Assembly: GCA_900088475.1 (NCBI GenBank)
Contig: FLMG01002199.1
Location: 1 to 34,815, forward strand
Direction of reading: 5' to 3'
DNA length: 34,815 nucleotides
Source: Hyphochytrium catenoides
Taxonomy: Eukaryota > Protista > Hyphochytriomycota
Position numbers and translations under genes: made by a program. Positions 1-10,661 of the stretch are shown here, one piece after another. Within the stretch, counting starts at the first letter, position 1; each line of letters opens with the position of its first letter. The notes beneath the pieces were generated by a model. That model ran no database searches and was not told where the DNA came from. It saw nothing but the letters and a program-made list of their open reading frames with translations.

Positions 1-912
1 CTCTCTCTCTCTCTCCCCTTTCCCTTCTCTTTGCTATCTCCTTTCTACCTCCTCCTTGCTAACCTTCCTCACTTGCGTTGGCCTCGTCTTTCTCCTTCAG
101 TCATCGTTCGCGTGTGCATCTGCTTATCGGACTGGTCTGTCAATATAGCCATTGACAGTGCATCCTCTGGCGTAGTGGGGAGGCAGGCATTGCTGAAGAG
201 AAAGGCCCACACTTCCACCTTTCCTTTCCTTTCGGCACCTCGTTGTCTCTCAGTCTCTCTCTTCTTCTCTTTACTCTCTCTCTCTCTTCTCCGGCGCCGT
301 CTTCTGTCTAGCTCCAGCTAGTCTTGGATCTTCAAGGGTATGGGCTTATGTCCTCGGCTGTCGGCCCTTTGCCTTAGCTGGGCCGCGAGGGAGAGGTAGT
401 TCACCTTTCTCACATAATTTGGTCCTTATGGCTTCGCTGTCCTAGTAGGCTGCACTTGCCCCTCTCTCTCTCTCTTTCTCTCTCTCTCCTTTCTTTTGCT
501 CATCTCTTTCTCTCTCTCCCGCTTAGTCCTGCTTGCACGATCTCTCCTGCTGGTCCTATTGCTTTGTTCCTCTGTTTCTTTCTAAGTTTACCGCTGGCTG
601 ACGAGACTCCTGTCTGAGGGGAAGGATCTGACGTCGTTATTGGCTTTTCTCTTCCTATCTCTGTTCGACGGTGTCTCCTTCTCTCTGCCTCATTCCCACG
701 TTCCCTGTCTTCCTCTCTTGCCCACTATCTCACGCTGTCTTCCCCTGTCTCTCTCCCCCCTCGGTCTCTCTCTCGCACTCTGTCCCCCTCCCCCCTTCTC
801 TCTCTCNNNNNNNNNNNNNNNNNNNNNNNNNNNNNNNNNNNNNNCTCTCTCTCTCTCTCTCCCTCTCTCTCCCTTCTTACGATGCCATCTCCTCCCTCAT
901 TTATTGACACAG

Positions 913-2608
913 ATGAAGGTTCGTGAGGCCATCACACGCTTGCTGGAGCAGCCGCTGCAGATATTATGGCAATACTATGAGAAGAGGACTCTCTTTGACT
1001 TCGTACAAGGACTGCAAGGAAGAGAGAAGACAGATGAGAAGAGAGAGGACCCTCGTCTCTCCAAAAGCACTCTCTCTTCGCTTCCGGAAAGAGAGAAGCT
1101 CTCCCGATGGGTTGATAGCATCGTGAAGCTAGCTGATGCGTGCAACGGCACAGCAGAGGGAGCTGAGGAAGATGAGATGGAAGACCCTCACCCGAGCAAA
1201 AGAGAGAGAGGTCCAGAGAAAGCACAGTCGACAGCTAATCACAGCGCCTTCGAGAGAGAAAGAGAAGAAAAGCAATCGGTAGAGAAGCTAAAAGAAAGTG
1301 ATCTCTCTCTCATCATAGAGGCGATCGTGGGGCCCAACTCATCTCTTTCTTCCGTTCTCTCCGCGGCGGAGAGAGAGTGTCGAGACAGAGCAAGTGCTCT
1401 GCTTCTCTCGTTCTTCCTCTTTAGAGTCAAGAGGTCCGAAGACTCCTCTTTCCGGCAAATCACCAATCTTCTCTTAGAGTTAGCAGCCAGTAAGCACGAG
1501 CACAGCAGGACTCACGGCTTTCGCCTTCTCTTCTCACTTGCCGTCCGTTCTCTCTCTCTTCGCCTCTCTATGGAGGCAAAAGCTGAACAAGAAGAAGGGC
1601 CAGAAAGAGAGACTGAGACAAAGAGAGAGAAAGAGGGAGAGCACTGGCAAGAAGTCCTCTTTGGCGTTCTTCTCGACATGATCGCGCTTACTGCGAAGAC
1701 AGAGCTGTTCGAGGGCTGCTGCTACTCTTCTTCATCTGCTCCTTCTTCACTATCCGTGGTGCTGGAGACCTTTCTCTTCTTCCTCTTTGACAAGGGAGAG
1801 AGACAAAAGGGAGAGAGCGCCATCTCTCTCCATCGACTTTTCAGAGTGGAACCCTCTCTCATCGTCGTACTGATGAGGTTCTCAGAGCTCCTTCTAGATC
1901 CGGACATTGACCTGAGGATGATCCAGGTCTATGTTGCTAGTATCTACCTCAGACACATAGAGCGGGAGAGTGAGAGAGGCAGCGCTAAGGAGAAAAGAGA
2001 GAAAGAAACAACTGATAAGGAAAGAGAAGAAGAGGTTAAAATGAGGTCAATGCGTGTAGGTCTTAGCTCCAATGTTAGCAAATCCAAGTTCTACCTATCT
2101 GACGGAAAGATTGCGTTGACATCTCTCCTGGAGAGAGAAGTCCCTACTGTCCTCTCTGTCTCTGGTGAGGAAGAGCCTCTTCTGGGTCTTTCTCTCTCTG
2201 GCCTACAGAGGTTTGGAGGAGTGGAGCTGGTAACTAGAAAGCTCCTGAGGACTCTATCGGTTCGGGGCCAACGCCTTCTCTTTATGGTCCTGCTGACTGT
2301 TGCCATGGAGCATCTCAGGACCTTCGCACGACGGTGAGAGCTTGTATCTCTTCCCTTCTTTTCACACTTTACGGGCATCTGTTCTTCTCCTTTCCTCTGC
2401 ACTCCTCCCCCCAACCACCACCACCACCTTCTCTCTCTCTCTCTTCCCGTCTCTCTTTTTCTCTCTTTCCCGCTCTCTTTCTCCCTCTCTCACCTCTCTC
2501 TCTCTCTCTCTTTTTTTTTCCTCTCTTTCCTGCTCTCTCTCTCTCTCCCTCTCCCCCCCTCCCTCTTTCTCTNNNNNNNNNNNNNNNNNNNNNNNNNNNN
2601 NNNNNNNN

Positions 2609-2642
<34 letters not shown>

Positions 2643-5600
2643 ATGTGTGTGTCGGAATCTTTACCTTGGAACGTCAACGACTGGGCAACTCTCTCTTGTC
2701 CATCACATAATGATCTGAAAAGTACATTCCACCGCTCCACTTTCGTGTTCCTTTCTGAACGTCCATACTTCCTCATCTAACTCCATCGCCAGGAAAGCGC
2801 CTGAAGATGGAGTAGATGCAAGACGAAAAGCCATCTCCCTTTTGGAGTTCTTCCTTCGTGTTGATCTTCCGTATGCAATCAGCCTCCATCCTCATCTGCT
2901 GAATAAGGTAGAGTCTTGCCATCCTGCCCTCCATCTATAGATGCTACTTTCTTCCTCATCTCAACCGGCTCGGTATACGATTGTGGCTCGCTATCTCACT
3001 GGTTACTTCCTGCTTTTCTTTTGCCTGTTCACACATTCTCTCTTGCATCATCCTCGACATGGCTCAGTCGTACCTGGCCTCTTGTGCACAGGCAGTGGTT
3101 CCTCAAGTCGTGGAGTTGCTCTCCCGGAAGCACAGGAGGCGATTAGACCAGATGAATCTGGAAAAAGAGGATCTGCTGCTTTCTCTTGATGCTCTAAGGA
3201 CCCTGGTAAAGGAAGCCGTCTGATACTTCGATCTCATAACTTTCCTCGTTTACCTTTGTCTCTCTATGCCTATACTCGCGCTGTTCCTCGACCCTCTCCA
3301 TATCTGACCGATTCCCTTGCTCCTTTCTTTTATTACCTCCGGTCGGGTCGTCCGCCTGCGCCTCCTTTCCCGTGCGCCAGCTTCAAGTGTCAGAACTTAG
3401 TTCCCGTAGCAGCAGTCTTGCTCAAGTCGTCTCTGCCTCACAAGCTGCTTTGAAGCCCAGGGCAGCTCAGGAAGAAGACAAAGGTGCAGGAGATCGGGGT
3501 ACATTCTTCATTTTCTTCACCTTTCTCACTTGTAGTTAGCCGGTTATGCAGCTAAGAATGGCCTTAAGAATAGTTCGAGGTACCGTCTAAAGTGCGCCCT
3601 TCTGACTGCATATGTCTCAATGTTAATAGAGAGCTCCCAGGAGGATTCCTCAAGGAATAAAGTGATCTTGGCCGTGCACAAGCTCCTGCAGTCAAGGGAT
3701 CAATATGAAAGAGAGAAGGGAGAGGTGAGTGCTTATTTGGCTGCGTCAGGAAGTGCTCTAAGATGGCCTTCGGTTCCCTAAGTTTGATGTAAGGCTTTCT
3801 TTCTTATGTATGGCTTTCTTCTTATTGTAGCGATGGCTGGCAGAGCTGATGGCTGAGCCTGCCGCATTGGGAGGAGCGTCTGCTGAAAGTAACAGAGGTA
3901 AGGGCTCCAGACGCGGATTGTCTAAGATTATATAGGGAAGCCAGATCATAGGATACGATAGAGTCAAAGGTATCCCAGAAAGTGACTGGATCCGTAGTAG
4001 CCGTCGAGCCACGGAAAGAGAGAATGAGGGAGAGGCACCCGCGGGAAGGTATTCAAGGGCAGTCTCAACGCATGACTAACCATGACGTCCGTGGCCAGGC
4101 CCTGCATTATCCAGCATGGCTCAGATTCTCTCCTCTCTTCCTGATCAGAATTTCCTGCACTCTCTCTCCTTTGTCCGAGTGGTGAAGCTGTTGGTAGCAC
4201 GGAGAGTGGAGCGGCAGGTGATCACTAATATTCAGACAGGTCTTTCTTTCACTCTCTTTTTCCTGTTGAGTACTCCCTGGCATTTTCTCCAGGAGACTCC
4301 GCACGAACTTTCCCAGTACAGTCTCACCGCGAGCAGTGTCTGACCCACTTCTTTTCACTCTCTCTCTCTCTCTCTCGCTCTGTACCCCCCTTTCCCGGTG
4401 TGCGCTTGCACGCTCTCCTTCCCTCGTCTCCCTCTCTCTTTCCTTTCTTATATTGACTTGCTATCGAAGTCAGTCCCGGACGGGCCCCGACCGTCTGTCG
4501 TACTCCTCTTTCCGTTCGTCTCTTTTGTCAGAGATTTCTGGCTGTCTGTCTCTCTTCTGCGCGAGCAACAGGGCTACTTTCCCAGCCACCGTCGCTTTCC
4601 TAGCCTTCATTGTAGATTTTTTAAGCATCCCCGCCAGGAAACACGGTCCGACTTCTCACGAACTTGGTCAACAATCCCATCTACCTTCTCTTTCCTTGTC
4701 AAGCCTCTCCGCCTCCTTTCTTCCCTTTGTGTACCAAGGTTACTGTTTGGTCTTGGGTGCATGTTTCTCTTCGGGTGTCCAAGAAAACTCCTTCATCTTC
4801 CATTCAGTCCCCGCTTCTGACAAATACACGTACCATACCCCTTCCAGCCTCTAGTCAACCTCTATCTTTAGCGTGCTTATCTCTCCTTGCAGTTTCGCCG
4901 TCTCCGTTCGGCTCTTGAGGTTGTTAACCTTCTCGTTTTCTCTGCCGTGGTAGATAACATGAACCCTAGACCTCTACGGGCTGACTGTCTGTTCAACTCT
5001 CTCCTCGAGGGGAACTACTCTCTCAACGTTGATGAGCTCGCCCAGTTAGACATAAAGAGCATAGGACGCCTGCCATGCTTTCTTCGAAGAGGAGGAAACA
5101 GTGGCGGAACGTATGAAGCTTTTTACCTCTCATGCTGACCTTCTCTTCTACAAATAGCACATTCCAGGAGGCTCTACCCTTCTTCTCTCCCCTCTACCGC
5201 CCATGCATATATATGAAAGCCCATCGAAGAGTGATTTCCTTCTTGCCTTCTCTCCCTCTTCCCCCCCTCTTCCCCCTGGAAGAATGTCTCTCTCGCTCTC
5301 CCTAGCTATTTATCCTATCCAAATTCCCTTTGACATCGCAACCCTGACACTTTATCCTCTTCTTTCCTTGGCGTCTCTGCTCTCTATTCCAGTCTCTGTT
5401 CGCAGGCACTGGCGGTGAATTTCTTCCTTCTCTCGTGTTTCCCTCAGGGCCAGCAGCGGGAGCTGGGAGGTCTGGAGTACTATCGGACCTTCCTCAATGC
5501 CGCCATGCCGTTTTCCTCTATGTAGGACCTGTCCTGCGAGACTCTCTCTCTCGCTCTTGGATATCTCCCTTGTTTTCTCTATTGCCTCTTTCTCTCTCAC

Positions 5601-5959
5601 ACTCTCTCTCTTTTCCTGTCAATTAGCGACGGTGGTTGATTCTCTCTTTCTTCGCTCCATTTTTTCAGTATCTTCTTGTCTCTCTCTCTCTGCTGGTAAA
5701 GCATTTGGTCACTCCTACGACAAACTTCCCCCAGTCTGCATCCGTCCTCATGCCCTGCCTTGCCTCTCTTTTTTATGGTGTCCCAAACAGTTTTGTTGCG
5801 TCTCTGCTGCTCCGCTACCTGCGCCAGGAGCAGCCTGAACGGTACCGCCGGGGACTGCTTCTGGCGCGAGGCGTGGCAGAGGAAGGCAATGACTCAATGA
5901 TCTTGGAGAACCCTTTCCTTCGCTGTATCGCCATGCTTGACGAACCGATCTCAGGTTGA
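913..5959 (+). CDS. CLoG1 (conditional loss-of-growth 1)/At3g12590-family large helical protein; multi-exon, 5' end probably upstream (candidate exons near 100-171 and 587-670)
   Basis: GT-AG exons: 913-2333, 2793-2907, 3092-3205, ~3381-3498, 3630-3724, 3831-~3897, ~4149-4239, ~4470-4646, ~4954-5110, ~5448-5521, 5791-5959 (TGA); some internal junctions are unresolved. Colinear motifs resemble the plant family as I recall it: LLLELAASKHEHSRTHGFRLLFSLAV; LFGVLLDMI..FLFFLFDKG; LQRFGGVELV..QRLLFMVL; AVHKLLQSRDQYEREKGE|RWLAELM; LLEGNYSL; ELGGLEYYRTFL; C-terminal FVASLLLRYLRQEQPERY..NDSMILENPFLRCIAML (cf. plant ..FLLKRMMTE.PEKYQ..NNEKLLENPYLQM). Confidence 0.75.
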
Positions 5960-6416
5960 TCGATAGCAAGGTAGAACCTATGAGAAACCAGAGAAGCGCT
6001 TACGAAGAGCAAAGGGAGAGGCCTCAGAAGAAGCGTTCTTTCCAAAGACAACTTGTGCTAGCATATGCAAGAGCACACCCTTTGTATATGAGGAGTATCG
6101 CGCTATAAAGGCAAAAAAGCGCTAGCCTCACTCATGCCTATACACAGACAACGAGAAGCGACGATATTGCCAGACAAAATTGCCCTCGAGCTCGTGGAGG
6201 CTTAACTTGAGAAAGAAAGACAGACGAAGAGAGAGAGAGGGAGGGCGTGAGCGAAAGAACACAGATGGGAGAAGAAGTTGAGTTTAAAGATACGGCTAAC
6301 GGATGTTCTTATTAAGCGTCCATGAATATATTGCTCTGAATGCCAGACAGATAGTCGACACACTGTGCGGTCATCTGGATGCTCTCTCTTTCTATCTTTG
6401 ATGACCTTTCTCTCCT

Positions 6417-7401
6417 TCATCGACCCAAGAGATGCCCGCAGTCCCCTCTACTGCCTTCATTTCCCTTCCCGTCACTGCTTCCAAAGCCAGAGAAGCAACG
6501 GCACTGCCCAGTAGACCTGGCCAACAAGAGAGGAGAGAGAGAAGCTTGTCAAACAAGGGAGTACGGTCGAACTGAGAGCTCAATCGAGTACTCTCTCTCT
6601 CTTTTCTCTCCTACCATACTTCTGTGTCAGGCTTTTGGTCCTTAAACTCTGTTCGCATTGACTGGAGCATTTCCCTGTCTTTCGGCCTTCTCGCATCGAA
6701 CCTCCTTCCCTCCTCCACCGTCAGTCTTCTCTCGTTTCTCCTTTCTTCCTAACCTACACCACATAAGATCTACCTTCCTTGCTTCATATCCTCCGGCTTC
6801 GGGCTTTTCTCTCTCTCTCTTTTTCTGTCCATCGCCTACCTGTCGCACATTCCTCTGTGGCTGCACTCAGCCCTCTCTCGCTGTCCTGCTACACTGAGAA
6901 TGCCTCCTAGAACCTCTCCGCCNNNNNNNNNNNNNNNNNNNNNNNNNNGAACAGCCAGAGGAGAAAGAGAGAGGAAGAGAGGTAGAGAGGAAGAGATAAG
7001 ACAGGGAAAGAGGCTGCTGACGAAGAGGGAAACCCTTGAAAATAAGAGCGTTCTCATTGATATTGAGAGGCTAGGTGCTGCACGAGTATGCGATGCAAGA
7101 AGAGACAACGAGCAAACAACTGATAATAGTCAGGCAGCAGATAGACTCTCTACCGTCCCATCCTTTCCTCTAAGTCGACCTACCGGTCTCAGTCAGAAAC
7201 TCTATGGTCAGAAAGTTTTGAGGTGCCGAAGGCGCAGAGCAGATTGGCGCGGAAGGAGACGTAGCCCTAATGGTCACCTCTCCTGACATGAAGAGAAGAG
7301 AAATATAGAGAGAGCAGAGACGTAGGCTTCGTCAGGAACGCAGGAACTCCTCTATTAACTCTCCAGCCCACCTTTGCGCTTCTCATCTCTCTTTCTCTCT
7401 C

Positions 7402-7475
<74 letters not shown>

Positions 7476-7952
7476 TCACACACAACACCTGTTCCTCTCT
7501 GCCTGTCTATCTGGCGGCCGTAATTCTCTCTGTTTGTCTCTTCCTCTGCCCGGAGTAGGACCCTCGCCTTGCTTGGTCTTTCGAACTCTTCATCCTCACC
7601 ACGTCTAGTGCCACCACCTTGTTCTTGTCCTGCTCTCTCTTTGCCACTCTACTGCTTCTAGTCCTTTCCATGGCCTCACTCATTCTCTCTCCCCTTATTG
7701 CTTCCTCGGCATCAGTCCCTCACCTAGTGAACCCAGCTCCTCTAGCGCAGCTTCCACTCCGGAGATATCTACATCGAAAGGCAATGGAGCGGTGTACTGG
7801 CCGCCAAACCCTAAGCGGAAGGTGCCAGAACTGGCCACACAGGAAAGAACCTGCAAAGCAAGCGGGGGGAAAATTAGTTCAGAACTAAGCACGAAAAGGC
7901 AGGGAATCGGACGACAGAGAAAGAGAAACAGACGGTAATAAAGGTGTCCGTC

Positions 7953-8012
<60 letters not shown>

Positions 8013-10623
8013 TAGACAGACAGAGAAAGAGAGAGAGAGAAGGTTGGAGGAAGCAAAATTGGAAGGAAGCCAAGATGCAAGCACATGCAGTATATTATCA
8101 AGAACAGGGAACTGATATCGCTACGGCGCCATTAAACAATCTAGTGAGAGGGAGCGGAGTGAGCCACAAATGCTAATATCTCTCTTTTCCTGCCTCTCCT
8201 CTCTCTCTATATCGTCTCACGGTCATCTCTCCCATGCCTGCTTCTCACCTGCATCTCATTTGCTTGACCTGCAGTCACCGGATCATCTCCAAACGGACAT
8301 TCTCCTAGAAGAGCGGACGATGCACAAGAGGGATACTGAGTATCGAGATTATAGAGCGTGCTGACAAGACAGAGAGAGCGGGAGAGACAGGGCGACGAAG
8401 CTTATAAACAGAAAGAGACAAGCTAACGTAGGCTTCGGATGAGGCACCTAGAAGGATTCTTCGATGGCGAAATAAAGAGCAGGCGAGAGAAGAAGACAAG
8501 GATCCTCGAGAGAAGAAGACAAGGATCCTCTTCGACGGGAAGAAGAGAAAATGTGGGAAAGTGAGAAGAGAAAGAAAGACAAAATGACGTACGGAGACCG
8601 CAATCATGGCCCACGAAACCATTCTCACACACGCAGCCGCGGACTGCGTCTGCATCCCAAGTGAGGGGGTTATGAGGGTCCTGACCATAGGAAAGACCCG
8701 CTATAAAGCGATCCGGCCCGCGATGCAAGGAGACAGATTCCGTGAGAGAGAGACACGCGCCCCGTCCGTGACATGGAAGAATCACCCCGTCCTCCTCTGA
8801 GAGACCTGAAGGGCAGTCCACTACCAGCGATTGAGCCAGCGTTCGCGTTTTTTGTTAGCAAAACAGCCTTCAGTCTCTCTCTCCCCTCGACCTACCATCA
8901 CCTCAAGGGTCTTTCTCCCCTTGTATTAGTTTTCCTCTGTCTCTTTCCTCCATCAACAATAGCTAGACTTCCTCTAGTCCCGCCTTTTCTCTACCTACTA
9001 TTCATCCGCTTTCTCTGATGTGCTGATGTGTGATGATGTCTGACCCTCTTTTTGCTCTCCATTCCTCTCTCTCTAGGTCTTTCTCTTTCGCTCTCTTCTC
9101 TTCCCTCTTCTCTGCAGGTGAGACGACTCACAATGCTCACACGCCGCCCCAGTGAACCCCTCAGCGCAGCTGCATTCGCCGCTCCTCCGGTCGCAGAGCC
9201 CGCGATCGCTACATTCTGCAGTTCGCCTGTGAGCCTCGTTTGGCGCCGAAGGGAAGGAGAACCATGAGGGACCTTGAGGACAAAGCCCTGATGGACGGTA
9301 AGGCAACAAGCGAGACGATGAGAGAAGCAGAATTTAGAAAGAGAGAGTCAGTGTATAACGCGATGGAGAGGTAACATAGAGGTAAGGAGGCATACATAAG
9401 GAGGAGGAGCCAGGGAGGATAAGAGCGGAGAGGGAGAAGAAAAGAGAATGATGAGAGAGGAGAAAGAGGGATCGACGAGACCTAGGGAGAGAGCCAAAAA
9501 GGACAAAGAGAGGGACCGTGAGACCGCAGGTAAAGAGGACAAAATAGTGATTGGCACGCAGTCGAGAGAACGAAGAGATAAGGGATGGGCTCAGTGTGAA
9601 CTCACTCAAGGCACAGTCCCCTCCGGTCCATCCTTCACTGCAAGAGCAGCGGTAAGTCCCATCGGCAGCGTTGCAGGTACCGTGGCCGCTAATAAAGTAA
9701 GTTGATGGATGGAGGAGAGAATAGACGGGACAGAATGCGTGAAAAAAGAATGCCCCTGACGGACTGGATCCTCCTATTCCCCTCTATCTTCCTCTCTCTC
9801 TGTTTCTCTTCTCTGTTGTCCCTCCCTCTGTCTCTAACTTTGTCTCTGTCTGTTAACTCTCTCTCTTTGTCTCTCTCCAGTCTTTGGCAGTGGGGCAAAA
9901 GCCAAAACTTCTTCACTTCCATTCTCGTCCTTCTCTCTTTGTCCTACTAGGCGTCCCTCATTCTTCTCTTGTTTCTTTTCTTTATTACCTGCACGCTATT
10001 TCTTCTCCTGGGCAATCCGTTGTCTTTTCTGCCCAGTAGTTTGAGTTCTGAGGAGCGCCACAGTCTCCCAGGTTGCCCACCTCTCCCTTCCCATTGCTAC
10101 TGCGAAACCCTGGGCGGGGATATTCATAGCATTCGCATTGGCCCGTCTCTAGAGAAGGAAAGCAAAGCAGTCAAACCGGCGGAGGAGAGAGAGGGAGGAA
10201 AAACGAGAGAGTCAAACTGAGAAGCAGAAAGAAGGACCGAAAGATAGGACAAGGTGGCAAGGCGACTTGATTGATCCGTCTCTACAGCTGCCGTCTGTCT
10301 GCCTCTTTCGTCTGTCTCTCTCTCCGTGGTAACGTTTTCTATCCTGGCCAGCCAGCCTGTCTCTTCTTATACCTTTGTTGCACCTTCCTCTCCCGTTGCA
10401 CTCTTCATTCTCTCTGCTGCCTTCCCTGCTGATGAAGTTGAAGAGGCTCTGCCCTCCGCGCCTCAGAGTAAAGCTTCCAGGAGGAGAGAACTTCTCCAAA
10501 CCGTAAGCTTTGATTGGAGGTTGTCTGCAAAGAACAGTCAGTATATGGTGCGAAGAAGGACAACGACAGGTAGAAAGAAGAGGGCAGAGAAAGAGCTATG
10601 AGAGACAAGAAACAAGAAAGAAC

Positions 10624-10661
<38 letters not shown>

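Noticed and set aside
9016-9043. TGATG repeats ending in CTGA, resembling box C/D snoRNA motifs
   Set aside because: The boxes are only a few nt apart, antisense to the host gene, and have no terminal stem; this is simple repeat sequence.
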